Part shown: positions 27,810-38,004 of the stretch, piece after piece
Numbering within the stretch: the first letter of the stretch is position 1
How the letters are laid out: each line of letters begins with the position of its first letter
Source: Myxococcales bacterium
GTDB lineage: Bacteria; Myxococcota_A; UBA9042
Direction: 5' to 3'
Length of the DNA: 49,192 nt
Assembly: GCA_037441385.1 (NCBI GenBank)
Contig: JBBISH010000036.1
Coordinates: 1 to 49,192 of the forward strand
Made by a program: the position numbers and the translations under genes
Notes under the pieces: model-generated
What the model saw: the letters and a program-made list of their open reading frames with translations, nothing else
Database searches by the model: none
What the model was told of the DNA's origin: nothing

Positions 27810-28858
27810 TGGATCCGCAGTCTGAGTCCCACGCCGAAGCCGCCGCGGCCAGCGAGTCCGTCCCCCTGGATCACCAGCGGCTCGCCAGGGCCGGAGCATT
27901 GCGCGATCGCGTGGTGGGCGAAGTGTCGCGCGTCTACATCGGCAAGAACGAGGTCGTGCAATTGCTGCTGGCGGCGATGCTGGCGCGCGGCCACGTGCTG
28001 CTCGAGGGGGTGCCCGGTCTGGCCAAGACGACGCTGGCCAAGGCGATGGCGACGAGCCTGGGCGGGCAGTTTCGGCGCATCCAATTCACGCCGGACCTGC
28101 TACCGGCAGATATTACAGGCACATACGTGTTCAACCAGCGCAGTCAGTTGTTCGAACTGCGGCGCGGCCCGTTGTTTGCCCAAGTCGTCCTGGCCGACGA
28201 AATCAACCGCGCGCCCGCCAAGACGCAATCGGCCCTGCTAGAAGCCATGCAAGAGCGGCAGGTGACCATCGAAGGCGAGACCCAGGCGTTGCCAAACCCG
28301 TTCCTGGTGCTGGCGACGCAGAATCCGGTCGAGCAAGAAGGCGTCTATCTGCTGCCCGAGGCGCAGATTGACCGCTTTCTGGTGCGAATCCGGCTGGACT
28401 ATCCCAGCCTGATCGACGAGATGCGCATGCTGCGGACCTACGATCACCCGCCCGAGCCTGTCCACGCGGTGGCGACGATGGCCGACGTGCTGGAACTGGC
28501 CGCTTGGATCGACGGCGTGCACGTAGAAGAGCGCGTGGTGAGCTACATCGTGCGGCTGGTACAGGCGACGCGGCAACATCCGCGGGTGGCCTTGGGGGCG
28601 AGCCCGCGGGCGTCGTTGGCGCTGATGCGGCTGGCCAAGGCTTGGGCCCTGTTGGCGGGGCGCGATTTTGTCACGCCAGACGACGTGCAAGCGCTGCTGG
28701 GCCCGGCACTGGAACACCGTATCATGGTGACCACCGACGCGAGCATCGAGGGCGTGACGGCTGCGGCCGTGCTGACCGATGTGGTACACCGTACCAAAGT
28801 GGTCGAGGCGCCCACCGGAGTGGTAGTGCCCACCGAATTGCACATTGGACCCGCCTAG
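27806..28858 (+). CDS. moxR: MoxR family AAA+ ATPase
   Basis: [61 protein letters not shown]. Confidence 0.95.
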   Translation: MMDPQSESHAEAAAASESVPLDHQRLARAGALRDRVVGEVSRVYIGKNEVVQLLLAAMLARGHVLLEGVPGLAKTTLAKAMATSLGGQFRRIQFTPDLLPADITGTYVFNQRSQLFELRRGPLFAQVVLADEINRAPAKTQSALLEAMQERQVTIEGETQALPNPFLVLATQNPVEQEGVYLLPEAQIDRFLVRIRLDYPSLIDEMRMLRTYDHPPEPVHAVATMADVLELAAWIDGVHVEERVVSYIVRLVQATRQHPRVALGASPRASLALMRLAKAWALLAGRDFVTPDDVQALLGPALEHRIMVTTDASIEGVTAAAVLTDVVHRTKVVEAPTGVVVPTELHIGPA

Positions 28859-30511
28859 ATGCTGGAACCTACCGGCCGCGTGCTGCTGACAACCGGCCTG
28901 GGCCTGATGGTCGCGGGGCTGGCGCTGCCATCGCCGGCCGCCGTGCTGGCTGGCACCTTGGTGGTGGCGGCGCTCCAGCTAGAATTGCATCGTCTTCGCA
29001 GGCAGTTGCGCCCGCTGCACCCGCCCCTGGGCGTGCAGGCCGAGCTGGAGGTGATGGCGCGCGGCCGCGGAGGGCAAGGCGAGCGCTCGCACCGGGTGGG
29101 CGGCGACATCGCGCTGGTGCTGCGTCTGGACCTGCCCGATGAGTTCCTGGGAGCGCGCCTGGACATCGACCACTGGTGGCTCAGCCCGGGTCTTGCGCTG
29201 CACGGCGACGGGGTCATGACCCGCATGCTGCGTCGGCGCGACGACAGCCTGGTGGTGCGCGCTACCCCGCAGACAGCGGCCGTACACCGCGTGCTGGGGC
29301 TGCAAGGCCGCCTGACCGACGCGGCGGGTCTTTTGCAGGCCGAGGTGTTCTTGCCGACGCCGCTCGAACTGGCGGCGCTGCCGCGCTCGCTGCCGCTGGA
29401 TCTGCGGGCCGTGGCCGAGACCCGTCGGCTGTCGCCGCGGTCCGGCATGGGACAGCGGCCCGACAAGGTGCCCGGCACGGGCGACGACCTGCGCGAACTG
29501 CGCGAGCACCAGCCGGGCGATCCGTTCAAGCACATCGCCTGGAAGGCCTCGGCGGCGCGGGGTCGCCTGATGGCCCGCACGTTCGAGCGCGAACAGACCC
29601 GCTCGATGTTCGTGGTGCTCGAGACGGGCGCGACCATGCGCGACGGGGTGGCGGGTCGCGGGCCGCTGGACCAGGCGATGGACCTCTGCCACTCGCTGGC
29701 CGAAGTCTGTGCGCGGACCCACGACCCGCTGGGCCTGGCGCTGGTCGACGGCCGCGTGATCGATTCGCGACCGGTGCTAGAGGGCTTGGCTGCGCTGGAG
29801 TCAACCGACCGCGCGCTTTTGGACCTGCGCCGCGCCGTAGCCGAGGACTTGGCACCGCTCAGCGAGGCCCAACTGGTCACAACGGTCGCCCACTACCTGC
29901 GCGCGGTGGCGCGGGTGCCTTTGCCGCAGCTGCCGGTGGGGGCAGGCCGGTCGGACGAGCTGGATCACTTGCGCCAGCGCACCGTCATGGCCGCCCTGGC
30001 CCGCCTGCCCGAGCGCGAGCGCCAGCCCCTGCTCCGCGGCCCAGAGCCCAGTGGTCGAGCAGACTTGTCGATCCTGCGGCGCTTTTGCCGCGCCATGGAC
30101 TTGCCGCTGCCCTACCGCGGGGCCTTGCCGGCGCCAGCGCGGGTGGCGGGCATGGTGGCGGGGGTGCGAGCGGCGATGGGGGCACGCAAGGGTCCGTTTG
30201 CGATGGTGATCATCTCGGACTTCCGCGGGCTGCTTGGGCAACTTGAGCCGCTTTTCCAGGTCTTTGCGGCCGCGCGGCAGGCGGGGCACCGGGTGCTGGC
30301 GGTGGCCGTGCGCGAGCTGGACGCCGGCGAGACCCAGGATCTCATTGCCGAGGCCGAGGATGCTGACGCCGCCCGCGGGCTCCTGCGTGCCGACCAGGCC
30401 GCCCGGCAAGCGCTGCTGGACGAGCTGGATCAGGGCTGTCGCCGGGCCGGAGCCACCTTTGTTGGCGACGCGAATCCAAAGGAAATTCTTGCAGCGTGGC
30501 GCTATGGCTGA
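28859..30511 (+). CDS. DUF58 domain protein (MoxR-associated, VWA-like)
   Basis: LRELREHQPGDPFKHIAWKASAARGRLMARTFERE; VIISDF. Confidence 0.85.
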   Translation: MLEPTGRVLLTTGLGLMVAGLALPSPAAVLAGTLVVAALQLELHRLRRQLRPLHPPLGVQAELEVMARGRGGQGERSHRVGGDIALVLRLDLPDEFLGARLDIDHWWLSPGLALHGDGVMTRMLRRRDDSLVVRATPQTAAVHRVLGLQGRLTDAAGLLQAEVFLPTPLELAALPRSLPLDLRAVAETRRLSPRSGMGQRPDKVPGTGDDLRELREHQPGDPFKHIAWKASAARGRLMARTFEREQTRSMFVVLETGATMRDGVAGRGPLDQAMDLCHSLAEVCARTHDPLGLALVDGRVIDSRPVLEGLAALESTDRALLDLRRAVAEDLAPLSEAQLVTTVAHYLRAVARVPLPQLPVGAGRSDELDHLRQRTVMAALARLPERERQPLLRGPEPSGRADLSILRRFCRAMDLPLPYRGALPAPARVAGMVAGVRAAMGARKGPFAMVIISDFRGLLGQLEPLFQVFAAARQAGHRVLAVAVRELDAGETQDLIAEAEDADAARGLLRADQAARQALLDELDQGCRRAGATFVGDANPKEILAAWRYG

Positions 30512-31320
30512 CCGTCCAGCGGCTGCCGCAAGCGCGGGCCAAACAGGCGTTCGGCGTTCGCGGTGGTAATCTGGTCGGCCTCGGCCACGGTCCAGCCGCG
30601 CAACTCGGCCACTTTGGCCAGGGTCAGACGGACAAAGGCCGGCTCGTTCTTCCGGCCGCGGTGGGGCACGGGCGCCAAGAAGGGGCTGTCGGTCTCGACT
30701 AGCAGGCGGTCAGCAGGGGCTTCGCGCACGGCCTGGGCAATCTCGCCCGGATTCTTGAACGTGACGATCCCTGGGATCGACAGGTAAAAGCCCAGCTCGC
30801 GCACACAGGCCAGACCAAAGGCAGCCGTCCCCGAAAAGCAGTGAATCACCCCGCCAATCTGGTCGGCCCGCTCATCCCGTAGGATCTGCAGGGTTTCGGG
30901 CTCGGCGTTGCGGGTGTGGATGCACAGGGGCTTGCCCAGCCGCCGGGCCAGATCGATGTGGCGGACGAAAGCGCGCGCCTGGGCGTCCCGCGGCGATAAG
31001 TCGTAGTGAAAATCAAGACCTGTCTCACCCACGCCCACGCATAGGTCCCGGGCGCAGGCCTGCTCCACCGCCAACCACAGGCCCTGGCTGTCAGGCTCCT
31101 CTAGGCGCTGGGCGTCGTGGGGGTGGATGCCGCAAATCGCGCTGACGCCTTGGAATTGCTGGGCTGCGTCCAGAGCCGACTGCAGTTCCTCCTCGTCGCC
31201 GCCCGCGCCGACAGCCACCACGTGATGCACGCCGGCTTGGAGCGCCCGCAGTAGCTGCTCGGCCACGCGCGTCCAGTCGCCCTCGGCCGCCATCTTGAGG
31301 TGGGCGTGGGTGTCGATCAT
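30502..31320 (-). CDS. tatD: TatD family hydrolase/nuclease
   Basis: IDTHAHL, GIHPH, GETGLD, IHTR, VIHCFS, ETDSPFLAP. Confidence 0.95.
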   Translation of the reverse strand: MIDTHAHLKMAAEGDWTRVAEQLLRALQAGVHHVVAVGAGGDEEELQSALDAAQQFQGVSAICGIHPHDAQRLEEPDSQGLWLAVEQACARDLCVGVGETGLDFHYDLSPRDAQARAFVRHIDLARRLGKPLCIHTRNAEPETLQILRDERADQIGGVIHCFSGTAAFGLACVRELGFYLSIPGIVTFKNPGEIAQAVREAPADRLLVETDSPFLAPVPHRGRKNEPAFVRLTLAKVAELRGWTVAEADQITTANAERLFGPRLRQPLDGQP

Positions 31321-31338
31321 GGCTGTAATCTCGGTAGG

Positions 31339-32100
31339 TTAGGGCTCGTAGCGGTAGCCCCAGCCGCGTACGGTCACGATGTGGCGGGGGTGATCGGGCT
31401 CGGGCTCGACCCAGCGGCGCAGGCGGACGATGAAGTTGTCCACCGTGCGCTCGGTCGGGGTCGCGTCCATGCCCCAGACTTCTTCCAGGATGTCGGCGCG
31501 CGAAAGGGCCCGGCCGGGGTTGCGGGCCAAGAACTGCAGCAGAACCGCCTCTTTGTCGCTCAGTTCGTGCCACTGGCCATCGGTGGTGCGCAGTGCGCGG
31601 CGCTCCAGGTTGACCAGCGCGGTACCCACGTGAAGCTCTTGATCCGTGGGCACTTCCAGGCTGCCCTGGCTGCGGCGGATGTGCGCCCGGACCCGGGCGA
31701 GCAGTTCAGCCATGTTGAAGGGCTTGCACAGGTAGTCGTCGGCGCCGCCGTCCAGGGCCGAGATTTTGCTTTCGATCTCGTCGCGGGCGGTCAGCATGAT
31801 GATCGGCGTGCCCAGGCCCAGCTTGCGCGCGTACTTGGCGACCTCGGTGCCACTCATGCCCGGCAGGCCGATGTCGAGCAGCGCGCAGTCGTACCGCACC
31901 GTGCGTAGCACTTGCAGGGCAGCCTCGCCCGAGCGCTGCCACTCGACCTGGTAGCCATCCTGCTCCAGGTTGAGCCGCACCATGGTGCCGATCAGGTTGT
32001 CGTCTTCGACAAGCAGGACTCGCATTTCACTCTGCTCCTCGTCTTCGAAGTCGTCCGCGCCGCTGTCGTAGCTGGTATCGGCGCCCTCTTTGGTCTCCAT
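31339..32100 (-). CDS. OmpR/PhoB family response regulator
   Basis: VLLVEDD, LLDIGLPGMSG, MLTA, GADDYLCKPF, winged-helix TERTVDNFIVRLR...VRGWGY; alternative start ATG at 32025 with GAGGAG. Confidence 0.93.
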   Translation of the reverse strand: METKEGADTSYDSGADDFEDEEQSEMRVLLVEDDNLIGTMVRLNLEQDGYQVEWQRSGEAALQVLRTVRYDCALLDIGLPGMSGTEVAKYARKLGLGTPIIMLTARDEIESKISALDGGADDYLCKPFNMAELLARVRAHIRRSQGSLEVPTDQELHVGTALVNLERRALRTTDGQWHELSDKEAVLLQFLARNPGRALSRADILEEVWGMDATPTERTVDNFIVRLRRWVEPEPDHPRHIVTVRGWGYRYEP

Positions 32101-32105
32101 TGCCT

Positions 32106-32150
32106 GGGTATCCTTCGCCCGGGTAGCCTGTGCCCAGGTAACCTGTGCCC
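32106..32150. repeat. Degenerate 15-bp tandem repeat x3 directly upstream of the response regulator
   Basis: gggtatccttcgccc / gggtagcctgtgccc / aggtaacctgtgccc. Confidence 0.75.
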
Positions 32151-32429
32151 GCCTTGGCCTGCAACACAGTGCACTCTAAGCGCCTGTATCTGTACGGCAT
32201 TCTATCCTGTCGTGACACCGAACTGGGCCGTGGGGCAATGCCACGGCTTCGTCACGCGGCGTAGCTTAGGACTCGGGCCAAAATAACACAAGAACAGGGC
32301 CGCGACGCTTGGTGTCACCGATTCGGGTCCCGGATCCTCTTGGCGGCTTGTGCGCGTTGCTCGCCCGGCGACCGGCGGGCGCCCGCGTGGGCAATCGACC
32401 GCCCAAGAATCAAGCTGGGGGCCGGTACA

Positions 32430-33662
32430 CTACGCGGCGCGGTTCCAAGGCCAGAAGTACAGGGTAAAAGTAGCGCCCTGCCCTGGCCCGGCGCTGTGCG
32501 CCTCGATGCGACCGCCCATCCCGCGCATCAGCGCGCGGCAAATCGACAAGCCCAGCCCAGTGCCATGCTTGCCCACGGCCGGACCGCCGCTGGCCACAAA
32601 ACTCTCGAACAGTGCCCGGCCGCGCTCGGGCTCAAAACCCATGCCATCGTCCACGAATTCGACCTTGACGTGCCCGTCGACCAAGGCTGCCCGCGCTGTC
32701 AGCCGTTTGGCGCCGTACTTGATCGCGTTGTCGGCCAGATTCTCCAGGATCGTCCAGATGGCGGTCGGGTCGCCGCTGGCCTCCAGGTCGGCGGGGCAAT
32801 CGATCGCCAAGACCTGCTGAGCCCCCAGCGTCTCGCGCCGGTGGCGGGCAAAGCGTTCGAGCAAGGCCTGCAACTGCACCGCATCGGCCGCCAACTGCTG
32901 ATTGGGCAACCGCATGCGCTGCGCCAGTAGCATGTTTTGCACCAAGTGCTCTTCGCGCTCGACCTCGGCTAGGGCCAGCTTGACCAAGTTCTTCTGCTCT
33001 TCTGCAGGCATGCGCCCCAGTTGCAGCGTCTGCAGCACCGCCTTGATGCCCGCCAGCGGCGTCTTCATCTCGTGGGTGGCGCGACCAAGGAACTCCTGCA
33101 TTTCTCTGCGGAACTTCGTCTCGGTGCGGATCATGTGGTAGAGCATCGCCACCACCATCGCCAGCAGCGACGTCAGCAGCAGCCCCTCGCCCACCACCAT
33201 GCCCTTGCGCCGATCATAGCGCGCCGCCACCTGATCCGCCCACTGCTGGCTGGGCTGCACAAGCCAATGCCGCCGTGGGTCGATCGGGCCGGGCTTGACC
33301 TCCGTCCCGTCGCCAATCCAACGCGCAGGTTGACGAACCTCGCCGCCAGCCTCGGCAATTTCCAGGCGGTCGTCGCCCTTGACCAGCCCGACCTGCAGCT
33401 GATCGGGATGGAACGCCAGCCGCATCGACGCCACGTACACGTCGCGGTCGATGAGCTGCATCGCCATCTGATGCTGGGTGCGAATCGACTGACCGATCAG
33501 CAGGAGCCACCACACGCCCAGCGCGATGAGGAGCAGTACCGCCGCCGAAAACAGGACGCGGGGGCCGTAGTGGCGGCGCAACTCGCGGAACGACCGCCGC
33601 CGCGGCGTAGGGGCAGCTACGCGCTCTGCGGGCGCGGCCGGCGGGCGGAGGGGCTTGGCCAC
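32430..33662 (-). CDS. Membrane sensor histidine kinase (2 TM)
   Basis: GTG at 33662 just after the hemL stop; two TM helices; H-box THEMKTPL; ENLADNAIKY, DDGMG, GTGLGLSI. Confidence 0.9.
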   Translation of the reverse strand: MAKPLRPPAAPAERVAAPTPRRRSFRELRRHYGPRVLFSAAVLLLIALGVWWLLLIGQSIRTQHQMAMQLIDRDVYVASMRLAFHPDQLQVGLVKGDDRLEIAEAGGEVRQPARWIGDGTEVKPGPIDPRRHWLVQPSQQWADQVAARYDRRKGMVVGEGLLLTSLLAMVVAMLYHMIRTETKFRREMQEFLGRATHEMKTPLAGIKAVLQTLQLGRMPAEEQKNLVKLALAEVEREEHLVQNMLLAQRMRLPNQQLAADAVQLQALLERFARHRRETLGAQQVLAIDCPADLEASGDPTAIWTILENLADNAIKYGAKRLTARAALVDGHVKVEFVDDGMGFEPERGRALFESFVASGGPAVGKHGTGLGLSICRALMRGMGGRIEAHSAGPGQGATFTLYFWPWNRAA

Positions 33663-33672
33663 CGTGAGCCCG

Positions 33673-34971
33673 CTACAGAATCGTTGCGGCGGCGCGCGCC
33701 CAGGCGGCGACCAGCGCGTCGATGTCGGCTTCGCGATGGGCGGTCGAGAGGAACAGCACCTCGTACGCCGACGGCGGCAGGTAGAATCCCTGCTGCAACA
33801 TCTGATTGTACATGGCGTTGAAGCGCTGCACGGCGCGCTGCGAGATTTGGTCCGCGCGCGTGGGGATCGCGCCCTCGTCAAAGTACGGCCAGAAAATCGA
33901 CCCCAGACGCTGACCGCGGAGCCATGGGATGCCCGTCTCTTTCAGGCGGTGCTCCAGGTAGCCGCCCAGCTGCTCCAGCCGGCGATACACATGGGGATCG
34001 CTCAGCTTCTTCATGGTCGCCAGGCCCGCGGCGATCGACACCGGATTGCCGGACAGCGTGCCGGCCTGATACACCGGCCCAACCGGCGCCAACAGGTTCA
34101 GCAACTTGGCCGAGCCGAGCAGCGCGCCCAGCGGCATGCCGCCGCCGACGATCTTGCCCAGGGTCACCAAGTCGGACTGCACACCGGCCAGTTCGCCGTA
34201 GCCGCCGCACTGCAGGCGGAAACCCGAGATCACTTCGTCAAAGATCAAGAGCGCGCCGTGCTCTTGGGTGACGCGGCGCAAGCCCTTCAAGAAGTCGTTG
34301 GTCTGCAACAGTAGGCCATTGTTGGCCGGCATCGGCTCCAAGATGATGGCGGCGATCTTGCTGCCGTGCTCGGCGAACAGCGCTTCCACCGCGGGCAAGT
34401 CCGCGAACGGCAGCGTGATGGTCAGGTGCGCGAGCTCGCTGGGCACGCCGGCCGAGCTGGCTTCGCCGCCCGGATCGGCCAGGGTGATCAGGCCCGAACC
34501 GGCCTTGACCAAAAGGCTATCGAAGTGGCCGTGGTAGCCGCCCTCGAACTTGACGATCAAGCTGCGGCGGGTGGCACCGCGGGCCAGGCGGATCGCCGTC
34601 ATCACGGCTTCGGTGCCCGAACTCATCAGGCGCGCCATCTCCATGCCGGGGAAGCGGTCGACCAGGGCTTGCGCCATCGCGACTTCGCCGGGGTGGCACG
34701 CACCGTAGGTCAGGCCCTTGGGCGCTGCCTCGATCACCGCCTGCACCACGTCGGGGTGGGCGTGGCCCAGGATCAACGGGCCCCAAGACAAGCAGAAGTC
34801 CGTGTATTCGTTGCCGTCGATGTCCTTGACCTTGACGCCGCTCGCCTCGGCAAAGAATACCGGCTTGCCGCCCACGGACTTGAAGGCGCGCACGGGGCTG
34901 TTGACGCCGCCGGGGATGAGCGAAGTTGCGGTCTGGAAAAGCTCGTCGGATTGGGCGCGGGAGTAGCTCAC
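33673..34971 (-). CDS. hemL: Glutamate-1-semialdehyde 2,1-aminomutase
   Basis: IPGGVNSPVRAF, SWGPLILGH, SGTEAVM, FEGGYHG, FDEVISGFR, LGKIVGGG, YQAGTLSGNP. Confidence 0.97.
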   Translation of the reverse strand: MSYSRAQSDELFQTATSLIPGGVNSPVRAFKSVGGKPVFFAEASGVKVKDIDGNEYTDFCLSWGPLILGHAHPDVVQAVIEAAPKGLTYGACHPGEVAMAQALVDRFPGMEMARLMSSGTEAVMTAIRLARGATRRSLIVKFEGGYHGHFDSLLVKAGSGLITLADPGGEASSAGVPSELAHLTITLPFADLPAVEALFAEHGSKIAAIILEPMPANNGLLLQTNDFLKGLRRVTQEHGALLIFDEVISGFRLQCGGYGELAGVQSDLVTLGKIVGGGMPLGALLGSAKLLNLLAPVGPVYQAGTLSGNPVSIAAGLATMKKLSDPHVYRRLEQLGGYLEHRLKETGIPWLRGQRLGSIFWPYFDEGAIPTRADQISQRAVQRFNAMYNQMLQQGFYLPPSAYEVLFLSTAHREADIDALVAAWARAAATIL

Positions 34972-35002
34972 GGAGGGCTCCGTTGGGTGGGCAGCGCTGC
35001 GG

Positions 35003-35749
35003 CTAGGCCGGCAGACAGCTGCGCAATGTTTGAAGAACAGACGGAAAATCGGGCGAGGGACAGACGGCGGCCGGCTCGATGTGGGCCTCGCGCAACGCAT
35101 CGGCGGTGGTGGGGCCGATCGCCACCCAACGGCAGCTGCGGCTGTGCGGCAGCCACTGGGTCAGGCGGGCCACCGCGCTGGGCGCGGCAGCAAAGATCAA
35201 CGTTTCCGCAGAGTAGAAAATGGGGGCCAAATTCTCGTCCAAGCTGGGCGGGTCGGGCACGGCATTTTCGTACACGGTCGCTACGCGCACGTCGTGACCG
35301 GCGTGGGCCAGCCCGTCGGCCAGATCGCGCCGCGCGAAGCGGGCTTGCGCCACCAGCACCATCTTGTGGGGCAAGAGCGTGGCGGCCAGTTGCTTGGCCA
35401 GCTGGGCGCCGGTCGACGGGTCGCGCGCGACAATCCCCGCAGAGATGCCATGGGCTTGCAGGGCCGCCGCCGTGCTCTCGCCCACCGCACCCACCACCAC
35501 GCCCGGCCGCTGCAGCGGCTCCGCGCCAAACTGCTGGACAAAGCTGCTCACCGCGTTGCGGCTGGCAAAGGCGATCGCGTGCGCCCACGCCGCCCAAGCG
35601 GCGACCGACTCGAAGTCAGGTTCTGGCGCAATGGCGCGGATTTGCGCGGTGGGCACTTCGACCACCGCCGCCCCGCTGGCCTCCAACGCCTGGCGCAAGG
35701 TTGCGTTGTCCTGGGCGGCGCGGGTCAGGACAACGGGGTTGGCGCTCAC
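35003..35749 (-). CDS. hemD: Uroporphyrinogen-III synthase
   Basis: VVLTRA, FASRNAV, AVGESTAAAL, VYEN, AAPSAV, AIGPTTA; GTG overlaps the hemC stop. Confidence 0.88.
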   Translation of the reverse strand: MSANPVVLTRAAQDNATLRQALEASGAAVVEVPTAQIRAIAPEPDFESVAAWAAWAHAIAFASRNAVSSFVQQFGAEPLQRPGVVVGAVGESTAAALQAHGISAGIVARDPSTGAQLAKQLAATLLPHKMVLVAQARFARRDLADGLAHAGHDVRVATVYENAVPDPPSLDENLAPIFYSAETLIFAAAPSAVARLTQWLPHSRSCRWVAIGPTTADALREAHIEPAAVCPSPDFPSVLQTLRSCLPA

Positions 35750-36759
35750 GCCCACCGAGCCGCTGGGCGAACCCATACCTGCTCCTTGGCGATGGCCGCA
35801 CGCAGCGCTGTCTCGGCCTGGGCCGCCACTTCGTCAGTGGTACCCTCGACTTGCACGGCTACCCAGTGGTCGCGGGTGTCCACCGTTCCCGCGCGCAACA
35901 CGGCGCGGCTACCGGTCACCGTCGCCAGCGCGCCAAACGGCGAGTGGCAACCGCCTTCCATGCGCTGCAACAATTCCCGCTCGAGCGCAACTTCCAAAGC
36001 CGCGTCGGGATTGGCGATCTTGTCAAGGATCTTCAGGGTCTTGGCATCGTCGCCGCGGCACTGGATGCCCAGCGCGCCTTGCGCCGCCGCGGGCAGCCAC
36101 AGCAGCGGATCCAGGTCAAAGACCAGCAAGTCCGCAGTGTCCAGACCCAAGCGCGACACGCCAGCCCGCGCCAGGATGACGGCGTCCAACTCGCCCGTCT
36201 TGGCTTTGTTCAACCGAGTCGGCACGTTGCCGCGCAAGAACGTCGCCTCCACGTCGGGCGCCACGTACTGCAGCAGCGACTTGCGGCGCATCGACGCCGT
36301 GCCCACTCGGGCGCCTGTCTTGACCGGCAGCGGCCGGCTGGGGTCGTAAGCGTCCTTGCGCACGAACAAAACGTCGTTCACGTCGGCGCGCTCGGGCACG
36401 GCGGCCAGCACCAGACCGGGCGGCATCTGGGTGGGCAAGTCCTTGAGCGAGTGCACGGCAATGTCCACGCGGCCGTCCAGCAGCGCAGCTTCCAGCTCTT
36501 TGGTAAAGAAGCCTTTGTCCAGTTGGTGCTGCAGCGGGACGTCCAGCATCTGGTCGCCGCGCGTCTTGATGATCTGCAGACCCACGCCCGCCGCTTCGCC
36601 GCCCAGCAGGGCCTGGATGTGCCGCGCCTGCCACAACGCCAGCTCGCTGCCGCGCGTGCCGATCACCGTGGGGAAGTGGGGGCGCGTCACCGGCGCACCG
36701 TGCTGATCCCGAATGTCTTCCAACTGTTGCACTCCTTGTCCCTCGCCCGCACTCGACAT
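35746..36759 (-). CDS. hemC: Hydroxymethylbilane synthase (porphobilinogen deaminase)
   Basis: IGTRGSELALWQA, KGFFTKELE, AVHSLKD, LRGNVPTRL, EGGCHSP; ATG at 36759 after GGAGG. Confidence 0.96.
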   Translation of the reverse strand: MSSAGEGQGVQQLEDIRDQHGAPVTRPHFPTVIGTRGSELALWQARHIQALLGGEAAGVGLQIIKTRGDQMLDVPLQHQLDKGFFTKELEAALLDGRVDIAVHSLKDLPTQMPPGLVLAAVPERADVNDVLFVRKDAYDPSRPLPVKTGARVGTASMRRKSLLQYVAPDVEATFLRGNVPTRLNKAKTGELDAVILARAGVSRLGLDTADLLVFDLDPLLWLPAAAQGALGIQCRGDDAKTLKILDKIANPDAALEVALERELLQRMEGGCHSPFGALATVTGSRAVLRAGTVDTRDHWVAVQVEGTTDEVAAQAETALRAAIAKEQVWVRPAARWA

Positions 36760-36834
36760 GCGTCCTCCCACCGGCGCTCGCCGGCCCACCGCGCTAGGAT
36801 GCCCGGTCGTCGCCCCAGGCGTGTCATGCACCGG

Positions 36835-37920
36835 TCAGCAGATTGACTCGAACGTCATGTCGATGTCGGCCATCTTGGGTCCGCGATCGTGGCTTTCGGC
36901 CGGGCGCTGGAACATGGGCAGCGCCTGCCCGGCGTCGGCTACCCAGGCCTCGGCCAGGGCCAGGCTCGCCACCAGCGTCGCGGGCGTCGCCGGCTCGCCG
37001 CGCACATGGCCCACCGCCGCGGCCAAGCGCATCCCAGCCACCACGGCCTCGAACAGCTCAGCGTAGGCCCGCTGCACGGTCTGGTCGCGGTCGAACGGCA
37101 TCGCAAACACCCGCAGCGCCAAATAGGCCTCGAACGCCGGCGCCACCTCAGGTTCGCGGATCACCAACCACTGCCGCACATCGGCGCGCCAATCGCCCTG
37201 CAGCGCTTCGGCCAGGCCTGGCAGGTCGTCTGCGGTCAACTCGAGATCCGGGGCGAGCGGCAGCATCGCCGCCACGGCCTTGGCCAGCGCCGCATCGTCC
37301 AGGGCGCCGCAGCGCGACTCCAGAAAGCCGCGAAACGCCAGGAACATCCGCCCGGTCAGCGGCGCCTTGGCCGTCGCCAGCGATTGATCGGTGACCGCGG
37401 CGTCCACCAAGCTGGCGACGCGAGCCAGGCGCCCCAACAGCGCGTTGCTTGGATCGGCGACCAAGTCCAAAAGCAGCTCGCGCATGGTCTGGAAGTGCCG
37501 CCACGGCAAGGTCCGCGCGGCGGTCAGCCGCACGTCGCGCAGCTTGTCGTCGGGCGAAAACACCTGTAGCGGGATGCGCCAGCCGCCTTCGGCGCGGGCC
37601 AGGTCCACCGCCTCAGTCTGCTCGGCCAGCAACTGCCGAACCGTGGGGCACAACGTCGCAAAATACAGCTCGGCGCCGGCCGGAGTTGCCACCGCGGCGA
37701 TCGGATAGTCGCCGGTCAGGAGCATCGGCTTGGCCGGCGGCTCGTCGCCCTTGGCCAGGCGGGCAGCACCGCGCAGCATGGCTTTCTCGGCCTGCCGATA
37801 AGGGAATTTACCGGGCCCCAGCGGCTTGACCGCCGTCGCCGCCCGCAGCGCCGCCCGGCAGGCGCAGTCGGCGTCGCCGCAGTCAAAACCGTCTAGCAGT
37901 GCCGGAAAAACCACGCGCAT
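36835..37920 (-). CDS. Hypothetical protein, weakly FliB (flagellin lysine methylase)-like
   Basis: N-terminal FDCGDADCAC and LCPTVRQLL resemble FliB Cys motifs (by eye only). Confidence 0.5.
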   Translation of the reverse strand: MRVVFPALLDGFDCGDADCACRAALRAATAVKPLGPGKFPYRQAEKAMLRGAARLAKGDEPPAKPMLLTGDYPIAAVATPAGAELYFATLCPTVRQLLAEQTEAVDLARAEGGWRIPLQVFSPDDKLRDVRLTAARTLPWRHFQTMRELLLDLVADPSNALLGRLARVASLVDAAVTDQSLATAKAPLTGRMFLAFRGFLESRCGALDDAALAKAVAAMLPLAPDLELTADDLPGLAEALQGDWRADVRQWLVIREPEVAPAFEAYLALRVFAMPFDRDQTVQRAYAELFEAVVAGMRLAAAVGHVRGEPATPATLVASLALAEAWVADAGQALPMFQRPAESHDRGPKMADIDMTFESIC

Positions 37921-38004
37921 CAAAACCCCCGAATCGGTGCCACCCCGCGGCGGCATGTTTTTTAGGGGCCGGGGGCGCAAAACGCAAGCGCCGAGTCGGC
38001 TATT

